Shown piece after piece: positions 1 through 12,441 of a DNA stretch of 64,000 nucleotides. A model generated the notes under the pieces. It worked only from the letters and a program-made list of their open reading frames with translations, was not told the origin of the DNA and searched no databases. The position numbers were made by a program, and so were the translations under genes. How positions within the stretch are numbered: the first letter of the stretch is position 1; each line of letters starts with the position of its first letter. The stretch lies in assembly GCA_964016885.1 (NCBI GenBank), contig OZ024752.1, positions 27,528,001 to 27,592,000 of the forward strand, given 5' to 3'. Origin of the DNA: Eledone cirrhosa. Its lineage: Eukaryota.

Positions 1-2002
1 AACTTCGTATATCAACACACAATCTGTGGAACTAGTACCAACTACGGCTATCAACACACCAACTGTGGTACTAGTACCAACTTCGGCTATCAACACACAA
101 TCTGTGGAACTAGTACCAACTTCGTCTATCAACACACAAACTGTTGAACTAGTACCAACTTCGTCTATCAACACACAAACTGTTGAACTAGTTCCAACTT
201 CGGCTATCAACACACAATCTGTGGAACTAGTACCAAATTCGTCTATGAACACACAATCTGTGGAACTAGTACCAGCTTCGTCTATCAACACACAATCTGT
301 GGAACTAGTACCAACTTCGGCTATCAACACACCAACAGTGGAACTAGTATCAACTTCGGCTATCAACACACAAACTGTGGAACTAGTACCAACTTCGTCT
401 ATCAACACACAAACTGTGGAACTAGTAGCAACTTCGGCTATCAACACACAAACTGTGGAACTAGTTCCAACTTCTTCTATCAACACACAAACTGTGCAAC
501 TAGTACCAACTTCTATCAACACACAAACTGTGCAACTAGTCTCAACTTCGGCTATCAACACACAAACTGTGGAACTAGTACCAACTTCGGCTATCAACAC
601 ACAAACTGTAGAACTAGTTCCAACTTCGGCTATCAACACACAAACTGTGGAACTAGTTCCAACTTCTTCTATCAACACACAAACTGTGCAACTAGTACCA
701 ACTTCTATCAACACACAAACTGTGCAACTAGTATCAACTTCGGCTATCAACACACAAACTGTGGAACTAGTACCAACTTCGTATATCAACACACAATCTG
801 TGGAACTAGTACCAACTACGGCTATCAACACACCAACTGTGGAACTAGTACCAACTACGACTATCAACACACCAACTGTGGAACTAGTACCAACTTCGGC
901 TATCAACACACCAACTGTGGAACTAGTACCAACTTCGTCTATCAACACACCAACTGTGGAACTAGTACCAACTTCGTCTATCAACACACAAACTGTGGAA
1001 CTAGTACCAACTTCGTCTATCAACACACAAACTGTTGAACTAGTACCAACTTCGTCTATCAACACACAAACTGTTGAACTAGTTCCAACTTCGGCTATCA
1101 ACACACAATCTGTGGAACTAGTACCAAATTCGTATATGAACACACAATCTGTGGAACTAGTACCAGCTTCGTCTATCAACACACAATCTGTGGAACTAGT
1201 ACCAACTTCGGCTATCAACACACCAACAGTGGAACTAGTATCAACTTCGGCTATCAACACACAAACTGTGGAACTAGTACCAACTTCGTCTATCAACACA
1301 CAAACTGTGGAACTAGTAGCAACTTCGGCTATCAACACACAAACTGTGGAACTAGTTCCAACTTCTTCTATCAACACACAAACTGTGCAACTAGTACCAA
1401 CTTCTATCAACACACAAACTGTGCAACTAGTATCAACTTCGGCTATCAACACACAAACTGTGGAACTAGTACCAACTTCGCCTATCAACACACAAACTGT
1501 GGAACTAGTTCCAACTTCGGCTATCAACACACAAACCGTGGAACTAGTACCAACTTCGGCTATCAACACACAAACTGTAGAACTAGTTCCAACTTCGGCT
1601 ATCAACACACAAACTGTGGAACTAGTTCCAACTTCTTCTATCAACACACAAACTGTGCAACTAGTACCAACTTCTATCAACACACAAACTGTGCAACTAA
1701 TACCAACTTCGGCTATCAACACACAAACTGTGGAACTAGTACCAACTTCTTCTATCAACACACAAACTGTGCAACTAGTACCAACTTCGGCTATCAACAC
1801 ACAAACTGTGGACCTAGTACCAACTTCGTCTATCAACACACAAACTGTGGAACTAGTACCAGCTTCGGCTATCAACACACAAACTGTGGAACTAGTACCA
1901 AATTCTTCTATCAACACACAAACTGTGCAACTAGTACCAACTTCAGCTATCAACACACAAACTGTGGACCTAGTACCAACTTCGTCTATCAACACACAAA
2001 CT

Positions 2003-2235
2003 GTGGAACTAGTACCAGCTTCGGCTATCAACAGACAAACTGTGGAACTAGTACCAAATTCGGCTATCAACACACAAACTGTGGAACTAGTACCAACTTC
2101 TTTATCAACACACAAACTGTGCAACTAGTACCAACTTCGGTTATCAACACACAAACTGAGGAACTAGTACCAACTACAGCTATCAACACACAATCTCTGG
2201 AACTAGTACCAGCTTCGTCTATCAACACACAAACT
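2003..2235. repeat. First copy of the six-monomer landmark cassette (AACAGAC / CCAAATTCGG / ACTTCTTTATC 1-bp deletion / GTGCAA..TCGGTT / GAGGAA..ACAGCT / TCTCTG..GCTTCGTCT) that delimits HORs
   Basis: The cassette gives the '...SLSTHKLCN*' ORF ends at 2128, 4579, 5859, 7652, 9205, 10485, 12474, 14735, 16996, 19256, 21784, 23772, 26033, 28294, 31140, 33440, 34881, 36752, 38701, 41001, 42598, 44469, 47081, 48678, 54215, 56398, 58113, 61892 and 63489 (29 copies). Confidence 0.95.
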
Positions 2236-2819
2236 GTGGAACTAGTACCAACTTCGGCTATCAACACACAAACTGTGGAACTAGTACCAACTTCGGCTAT
2301 CAACACACAAAACTGTGGAACTAGTACCAACTTCGGCTATCAACACACGAACTGTGGACCTAGTGCCAACTTCGTCTATCAACACACAAACTGTGGAACT
2401 AGTACCAAATTCGTCTACCAACACACAAACTGTGGAACTAGTACAAACTTCGGCTGTCAACACACAAATTGTAGAACTAGTACCAACTTCGTGTATCAAC
2501 ACAGAAACTGTGGAACTAGTACCAACTTCGGCTATCAACACACAATCTGTGGAACTAGTACCAACTTCGGCTATCAACACACAAACTGTGGAACTAGTAC
2601 CAACTTCTGCTATCAACACACAATCTGTGGAACTAGTACCAACTTCGGCTATCAACACACAATCTGTGGAACTAGTACCAACTGCGGCTATCAACACACA
2701 ATCTGTGGAACTAGTACCAACTTCGGCTATCAACACACAAACTGTGGAACTAGTACCAGCTTCGGCTATCAACACACAAACTGTGGAACTAGTACCAACT
2801 TCGGCTATCAACACACAAA

Positions 2820-3370
2820 CTGTGGAACTAGTACCAACTTCGGCTATCAACACACCAACTGTCGAACTAGTACCAACTACGGCTATCAACACACCAACTG
2901 TGGAACTAGTACCAACTACGGCTATCAACACACCAACTGTGGAACTAGTACCAACTTCGTCAATCAACACACAAACTGTGGAACTAGTACCAACTTCGTC
3001 TATCAACACACAAACTGTGGAACTAGTTCCAACTTCGTCTATCAACACACAAACTGTGGAACTAGTACCAACTTCGTCTATCAACACACCAACTGTGGAA
3101 CTAGTACCAACTACGGCTATCAACACACCAACTGTGGAACTAGTACCAACTACGGCTATCAACACACCAACTGTGGAACTAGTACCAACTTCGGCTATCA
3201 ACACACCAACTGTGGAACTAGTACCAACTTCGTCTATCAACACACCAACTGTGGAACTAGTACCAACTTCGTCTATCAACACACAAACTGTGGAACTAGT
3301 ACCAACTACGGCTATCAACACACCAACTGTGGAACTAGTACCAACTTCGTATATCAACACACAATCTGTG
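2820..3370. repeat. CACCAACT-rich variant block (reads INTPT), with diagnostic GTCGAA and TCGTCAATC monomers
   Basis: GTCGAA lies at 2861 and TCGTCAATC at about 2957. The same ordered block recurs at about 51.1, 55.0, 57.2 and 58.9 kb. Confidence 0.9.
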
Positions 3371-4546
3371 GAACTAGTACCAACTACGGCTATCAACACA
3401 CCAACTGTGGAACTAGTACCAACTTCGGCTATCAACACACAATCTGTGGAACTAGTACCAACTTCGTCTATCAACACACAAACTGTTGAACTAGTACCAA
3501 CTTCGTCTATCAACACACAAACTGTTGAACTAGTTCCAACTTCGGCTATCAACACACAATCTGTGGAACTAGTACCAAATTCGTCTATGAACACACAATC
3601 TGTGGAACTAGTACCAGCTTCGTCTATCAACACACAATCTGTGGAACTAGTACCAACTTCGGCTATCAACACACCAACAGTGGAACTAGTATCAACTTCG
3701 GCTATCAACACACAAACTGTGGAACTAGTACCAACTTCGTCTATTAATACACAAACTGTGGAACTAGTAGCAACTTCGGCTATCAACACACAAACTGTGG
3801 AACTAGTTCCAACTTCTTCTATCAACACACAAACTGTGCAACTAGTACCAACTTCTATCAACACACAAACGGTGCAACTAGTATCAACTTCGGCTATCAA
3901 CACACAAACTGTGGAACTAGTACCAACTTCGCCTATCAACACACAAACTGTGGAACTAGTTCCAACTTCGGCTATCAACACACAAACTGTGGAACTAGTA
4001 CCAACTTCGGCTATCAACACACAAACTGTAGAACTAGTTCCAACTTCGGCTATCAACACACAAACTGTGGAACTAGTTCCAACTTCTTCTATCAACACAC
4101 AAACTGTGCAACTAGTACCAACTTCTATCAACACACAAACTGTGCAACTAGTATCAACTTCGGCTATCAACACACAAACTGTGGAACTAGTACCAACTTC
4201 TTCTATCAACACACAAACTGTGCAACTAGTACCAACTTCGGCTATCAACACACAATCTGTGGACCTAGTACCAACTTCGTCTATCAACACACAAACTGTG
4301 GAACTAGTACCAGCTTCGGCTATCAACACACAAACTGTGGAACTAGTACCAACTTCTTCTATCAACACACAAACTGTGCAACTAGTACCAACTTCAGCTA
4401 TCAACACACAAACTGTGGACCTAGTACCAACTTCGTCTATCAACACACAATCTGTGGAACTAGTACCAGCTTCGGCTATCAACAGACAAACTGTGGAACT
4501 AGTACCAAATTCGGCTATCAACACACAAACTGTGGAACTAGTACCA

Positions 4547-5826
4547 ACTTCTTTATCAACACACAAACTGTGCAACTAGTACCAACTTCGGTTATCAACA
4601 CACAAACTGAGGAACTAGTACCAACTACAGCTATCAACACACAATCTCTGGAACTAGTACCAGCTTCGTCTATCAACACACAAACTGTGGAACTAGTACC
4701 AACTTCGTCTATCAACACACAAACTGTTGAACTAGTTCCAACTTCGGCTATCAACACACAAACTGTTGAACTAGTACCAACTACGGCTATCAACACACCA
4801 ACTGTGGAACTAGTACCTACTTCGTCTATCAACACACAATCTGTGGAACTAGTACCAACTACGGCTATCAACACACCAACTGTGGAACTAGTACCAACTT
4901 CGGCTATCAACACACAAACTGTGGAACTAGTACCAACTTCGTCTATCAACACACAAACTGTTGAACTAGTACCAACTTCGTCTATCAACACACAAACTGT
5001 TGAACTAGTTCCAACTTCGGCTATCAACACACAATCTGTGGAACTAGTACCAAATTCGTCTATGAACACACAATCTGTGGAACTAGTACCAGCTTCGTCT
5101 ATCAACACACAAACTGTGCAACTAGAACCAACTTCTATCAACACACAAACTGTGGAACTAGTATCAACTTCGGCTATCAACACACAAACTGTGGAACTAG
5201 TACCAACTTCGACTATCAACACACAAACTGTGGAACTAGTTCCAACTTCGGCTATCAACACACAAACTGTGGAACTAGTACCAACTTCGGCTATCAACAC
5301 ACAAACTGTAGAACTAGTTCCAACTTCGGCTATCAACACACAAACTGTGGAACTAGTTCCAACTTCTTCTATCAACACACAAACTGTGCAACTAGTACCA
5401 ACTTCTATCAACACACAAACTGTGCAACTAGTATCAACTTCGGCTATCAACACACAAACTGTGGAACTAGTACCAACTTCTTCTATCAACACACAAACTG
5501 TGCAACTAGTACCAACTTCGGCTATCAACACACAAACTGTGGACCTAGTACCAACTTCGTCTATCAACACACAAACTGTGGAACTAGTACCAGCTTCGGC
5601 TATCAACACACAAACTGTGGAACTAGTACCAACTTCTTCTATCAACACACAAACTGTGCAACTAGTACCAACTTCAGCTATCAACACACAAACTGTGGAC
5701 CTAGTACCAACTTCGTCTATCAACACACAATCTGTGGAACTAGTACCAGCTTCGGCTATCAACAGACAAACTGTGGAACTAGTACCAGATTCGGCTATCA
5801 ACACACAAACTGTGGAACTAGTACCA
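4547..5826. repeat. 33-monomer HOR (1280 bp), copy 1
   Basis: Landmark spacing 1280 = 33x39-7 (one 1-bp and two 3-bp deletions). It is nearly identical to 9173-10452 and shares the rare CTAGAACCA and GTACCTACT monomers. Confidence 0.9.
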
Positions 5827-8800
5827 ACTTCTTTATCAACACACAAACTGTGCAACTAGTACCAACTTCGGTTATCAACACACAAACTGAGGAACTAGTA
5901 CCAACTACAGCTATCAACACACAATCTCTGGAACTAGTACCAGCTTCGTCTATCAACACACAAACTGTGGAACTAGTACCAACTTCGGCTATCAGCACAC
6001 AAACTGTGGAACTAGTACCAACTTCGGCTATCAACACACAAAACTGTGGAACTAGTACCAACTTCGGCTATCAACACACGAACTGTGGACCTAGTGCCAA
6101 CTTCGTCTATCAACACACAAACTGTGGAACTAGTACAAACTTCGGCTGTCAACACACAAATTGTAGAACTAGTACCAACTTCGTGTATCAACACAGAAAC
6201 TGTGGAACTAGTACCAACTTCGTCTATCAACACACAAACTGTGGAACTAGTACCAACTTCGTCTATCAACACACAAACTGTGGAACTAGTACCAACTTCT
6301 TCTATCAACACACAAATTGTGGAACTAGTACCAACTTCGTGTATCAACACAGAAACTGTGGAACTAGTACCGACTTCGGCTATCAACACACAAACTGTGG
6401 AACTAGTACCGACTTCGACTATCAACACACAAACTGTGGAACTAGTACCAACTTCTTCTATCAACACACACACTGTGGAACTAGTACCAACTTCGGCTAT
6501 CAACACACAATCTCTGGAACTAGTACCAGCTTCGTCTATCAACACACAAACCGTGGAACTAGTACACACTTCGTGTATCAACACACAAACTGTGAAACTA
6601 GTACCAACTTCGGCTATCAACACACAAACTGTGGAACTAGTACCAACTACGGCTATCAACACACAAACTGTGGAACTAGTACCAACTTCGGCTATCAACA
6701 CACGAACTGTGGACCTAGTGCCAACTTCGTCTATCAACACACAAACTGTGGAACTAGTACCAAATTCGGCTATCAACACACAAACTGTGGAACTAGTACA
6801 AACTTCGGCTGTCAACACACAAATTGTAGAACTAGTACCAACTTCGTGTATCAACACAGAAACTGTGGAACTAGTACCGACTTCGGCTATCAACACACAA
6901 TCTGTGGAACTAGTACCAACTTCGTCTATCAACACACAAACTGTGCAACTAGTACCAACTTCTTCTATCAACACACAAACTGTGCAACTAGTTCCAACTT
7001 CGGCTATCAACACACAAACTGTGGAACTAGTACCAACTTCTTCTATCAACACACAAACTGTGCAACTAGTACCAACTTCGGCTATAAACACACAAACTGT
7101 GGACCTAGTACCAACTTCGTCTATCAACACACAAACTGTGGAACTAGTACCAGCTTCGGCTATCAACAGACAAATTGTAGAACTAGTACCAACTTCGTCT
7201 ATCAACACACAAACTGTGGAACTAGTACCAACTACGGCTATCAACACACAATCTGTGGAACTAGTATCAACTTCGGCTATCAACACACAATCTGTGGAAC
7301 TAGTAGCAACTTCGGCTATCAACACACAAACTGTGGAACTAGTACAAACTTCGGCTATCACACACAAACTGTGGAACTAGTACCAGCTTCGGCTATCAAC
7401 ACACAAACTGTGGAACTAGTACCAACTTCTTCTATCAACACACAAACTGTGCAACTAGTACCAACTTCAGCTATCAACACACAAACTGTGGACCTAGTAC
7501 CAACTTCGTCTATCAACACACAAACTGTGGAACTAGTACCAGCTTCGGCTATCAACAGACAAACTGTGGAACTAGTACCAAATTCGGCTATCAACACACA
7601 AACTGTGGAACTAGTACCAACTTCTTTATCAACACACAAACTGTGCAACTAGTACCAACTTCGGTTATCAACACACAAACTGAGGAACTAGTACCAACTA
7701 CAGCTATCAACACACAATCTCTGGAACTAGTACCAGCTTCGTCTATCAACACACAAACCGTGGAACTAGTACACACTTCGTGTATCAACACACAAACTGT
7801 GGAACTAGTACCAACTTCGGCTATCAACACACAAACTGTGGAACTAGTACCAACTTCTTCTATCAACACACAAACTGTGCAACTAGTACCAACTTCGGCT
7901 ATCAACACACAAACTGTGGACCTAGTACCAACTTCGTCTATCAACACACAAACTGTGGAACTAGTACCAACTTCGGCTATCAACACACAATCTGTGGAAC
8001 TAGTACAAACTTCGGCTATCAACACACAAACTGTGGAACTAGTACCAACTTCGGCTATCAACACACAAACTGTGGAACTAGTACCAACTGCGGCTATCAA
8101 CACACAATCTGTGGAACTAATACCAACTTCGGCTATCGACACACAAACTGTGGAACTAGTACCAACTTCGTCTATCAACACACAAACTGTGGAACTAGTA
8201 CCAACTGCGGCTATCAACACACAAACTGTGGAACTAGTACCAACTTCGGCTATCAACACACAAACTGTGGAACTAGTACCAACTTAGGCTATCAACACAC
8301 AAACTGTGGAACTAGTACCAACTACGGCTATCAACACACAAACTGTGGAACTAGTTCCAACTTCGGCTATCAACACACAAACTGTGGAACTAGTACCAAC
8401 TACGGCTATCAACACACAAACTGTGGAACTAGTACCAACTTCGGCTATCAACACACGAACTGTGGAACTAGTACCAACTACGGCTATCAACACACAAACT
8501 GTGGAACTAGTTCCAACTTCGGCTATCAACACACAAACTGTGGAACTAGTACCAACTTCGCCTATCAACACACAAACTGTGGAACTAGTTCCAACTTCGG
8601 CTATCAACACACAAACTGTGGAACTAGTACCAACTTCGGCTATCAACACACAAACTGTAGAACTAGTTCCAACTTCGGCTATCAACACACAAACTGTGGA
8701 ACTAGTTCCAACTTCTATCAACACACAAACTGTGCAACTAGTACCAACTTCTATCAACACACAAACTGTGCAACTAGTATCAACTTCGGCTATCAACACA

Positions 8801-9172
8801 CAAACTGTGGAACTAGTACCAACTTCTTCTATCAACACACAAACTGTGCAACTAGTACCAACTTCGGCTATCAACACACAATCTGTGGACCTAGTACCAA
8901 CTTCGTCTATCAACACACAAACTGTGGAACTAGGACCAGCTTCGGCTATCAACACACAAACTGTGGAACTAGTACCAACTTCTTCTATCAACACACAAAC
9001 TGTGCAACTAGTACCAACTTCAGCTATCAACACACAAACTGTGGACCTAGTACCAACTTCGTCTATCAACACACAATCTGTGGAACTAGTACCAGCTTCG
9101 GCTATCAACAGACAAACTGTGGAACTAGTACCAAATTCGGCTATCAACACACAAACTGTGGAACTAGTACCA

Positions 9173-10452
9173 ACTTCTTTATCAACACACAAACTGTGCA
9201 ACTAGTACCAACTTCGGTTATCAACACACAAACTGAGGAACTAGTACCAACTACAGCTATCAACACACAATCTCTGGAACTAGTACCAGCTTCGTCTATC
9301 AACACACAAACTGTGGAACTAGTACCAACTTCGTCTATCAACACACAAACTGTTGAACTAGTTCCAACTTCGGCTATCAACACACAAACTGTTGAACTAG
9401 TACCAACTACGGCTATCAACACACCAACTGTGGAACTAGTACCTACTTCGTCTATCAACACACAATCTGTGGAACTAGTACCAACTACGGCTATCAACAC
9501 ACCAACTGTGGAACTAGTACCAACTTCGGCTATCAACACACAATCTGTGGAACTAGTACCAACTTCGTCTATCAACACACAAACTGTTGAACTAGTACCA
9601 ACTTCGTCTATCAACACACAAACTGTTGAACTAGTTCCAACTTCGGCTATCAACACACAATCTGTGGAACTAGTACCAAATTCGTCTATGAACACACAAT
9701 CTGTGGAACTAGTACCAGCTTCGTCTATCAACACACAAACTGTGCAACTAGAACCAACTTCTATCAACACACAAACTGTGGAACTAGTATCAACTTCGAC
9801 TATCAACACACAAACTGTGGAACTAGTACCAACTTCGACTATCAACACACAAACTGTGGAACTAGTTCCAACTTCGGCTATCAACACACAAACTGTGGAA
9901 CTAGTACCAACTTCGGCTATCAACACACAAACTGTAGAACTAGTTCCAACTTCGGCTATCAACACACAAACTGTGGAACTAGTTCCAACTTCTTCTATCA
10001 ACACACAAACTGTGCAACTAGTACCAACTTCTATCAACACACAAACTGTGCAACTAGTATCAACTTCGGCTATCAACACACAAACTGTGGAACTAGTACC
10101 AACTTCTTCTATCAACACACAAACTGTGCAACTAGTACCAACTTCGGCTATCAACACACAAACTGTGGACCTAGTACCAACTTCGTCTATCAACACACAA
10201 ACTGTGGAGCTAGTACCAGCTTCGGCTATCAACACACAAACTGTGGAACTAGTACCAACTTCTTCTATCAACACACAAACTGTGCAACTAGTACCAACTT
10301 CAGCTATCAACACACAAACTGTGGACCTAGTACCAACTTCGTCTATCAACACACAATCTGTGGAACTAGTACCAGCTTCGGCTATCAACAGACAAACTGT
10401 CGAACTAGTACCAAATTCGGCTATCAACACACAAACTGTGGAACTAGTACCA
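9173..10452. repeat. 33-monomer HOR (1280 bp), copy 2
   Basis: Offset 4626 from copy 1. Minus-strand ORFs 4518..5855 and 9144..10481 are both 445 aa and almost identical. Confidence 0.9.
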
Positions 10453-12441
10453 ACTTCTTTATCAACACACAAACTGTGCAACTAGTACCAACTTCGGTTA
10501 TCAACACACAAACTGAGGAACTAGTACCAACTACAGCTATCAACACACAATCTCTGGAACTAGTACCAGCTTCGTCTATCAACACACAAACTGTGGAACT
10601 AGTACCAACTTCGGCTATCAGCACACAAACTGTGGAACTAGTACCAACTTCGGCTATCAACACACAAAACTGTGGAACTAGTACCAACTTCGGCTATCAA
10701 CACACGAACTGTGGACCTAGTGCCAACTTCGTCTATCAACACACAAACTGTGGAACTAGTACAAACTTCGGCTGTCAACACACAAATTGTAGAACTAGTA
10801 CCAACTTCGTGTATCAACACAGAAACTGTGGAACTAGTACCAACTTCGTCTATCAACACACAAACTGTGGAACTAGTACCAACTTCGTCTATCAACACAC
10901 AAACTGTGGAACTAGTACCAACTTCTTCTATCAACACACAAATTGTGGAACTAGTACCAACTTCGTGTATCAACACAGAAACTGTGGAACTAGTACCGAC
11001 TTCGGCTATCAACACACAAACTGTGGAACTAGTACCGACTTCGACTATCAACACACAAACTGTGGAACTAGTACCAACTTCTTCTATCAACACACACACT
11101 GTGGAACTAGTACCAACTTCGACTATCAACACACAAACTGAGGAACTAGTACCAACTTCGGCTATCAACACACAATCTCTGGAACTAGTACCAGCTTCGT
11201 CTATCAACACACAAACCGTGGAACTAGTACACACTTCGTGTATCAACACACAAACTGTGAAACTAGTACCAACTTCGGCTATCAACACACAAACTGTGGA
11301 ACTAGTACCAACTACGGCTATCAACACACAAACTGTGGAACTAGTACCAACTTCGGCTATCAACACACGAACTGTGGACCTAGTGCCAACTTCGTCTATC
11401 AACACACAAACTGTGGAACTAGTACCAAATTCGGCTATCAACACACAAACTGTGGAACTAGTACAAACTTCGGCTGTCAACACACAAATTGTAGAACTAG
11501 TACCAACTTCGTGTATCAACACAGAAACTGTGGAACTAGTACCTACTTCGTCTATCAACACACAAACTGTGGAACTAGTACCAACTTCGTCTATCAACAC
11601 ACAAACTGTGGAACTAGTACCAACTTCGGCTATCAACACACAAACTGTGGAACTAGTACAGTCTTCGTCTATCAACACACAAACTGTGGAACTAGTACCG
11701 ACTTCGGCTATCAACACACAATCTGTGGAACTAGTACCAACTTCGTCTATCAACACACAAACTGTGCAACTAGTACCAACTTCTTCTATCAACACACAAA
11801 CTGTGCAACTAGTTCCAACTTCGGCTATCAACACACAAACTGTGGAACTAGTACCAACTTCTTCTATCAACACACAAACTGTGCAACTAGTACCAACTTC
11901 GGCTATAAACACACAAACTGTGGACCTAGTACCAACTTCGTCTATCAACACACAAACTGTGGAACTAGTACCAGCTTCGGCTATCAACAGACAAATTGTA
12001 GAACTAGTACCAACTTCGTCTATCAACACACAAACTGTGGAACTAGTACCAACTACGGCTATCAACACACAATCTGTGGAACTAGTATCAACTTCGGCTA
12101 TCAACACACAATCTGTGGAACTAGTAGCAACTTCGGCTATCAACACACAAACTGTGGAACTAGTACAAACTTCGGCTATCACACGACAAACTGTGGAACT
12201 AGTACCAGCTTCGGCTATCAACACACAAACTGTGGAACTAGTACCAACTTCTTCTATCAACACACAAACTGTGCAACTAGTACCAACTTCAGCTATCAAC
12301 ACACAAACTGTGGACCTAGTACCAACTTCGTCTATCAACACACAAACTGTGGAACTAGTACCAGCTTCGGCTATCAACAGACAAACTGTGGAACTAGTAC
12401 CAAATTCGGCTATCAACACACAAACTGTGGAACTAGTACCA
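10453..12441. repeat. 51-monomer HOR (1989 bp), copy 1; diverse variant type (GCTGTC, TCGTGT, ACAGAA, CCGACT, GTGAAA)
   Basis: Landmark spacing 1989 = 51x39. It matches 21752-23739 (1988 bp). A shorter 46-mer relative lies at 5827-7619. Confidence 0.9.

Noticed and set aside
2090-2130. Programmed ribosomal frameshift at ACTTCTTTATC linking ORFs into a giant protein
   Set aside because: There is no canonical X XXY YYZ slippery heptamer or evident stimulator, and independent TAG/TAA monomers would still terminate translation.
2281-4575. Minus-strand VCVLIAEVGTSST ORFs
   Set aside because: This is the antisense shadow of the stop-free monomer, broken by the same amplified indels and stops.
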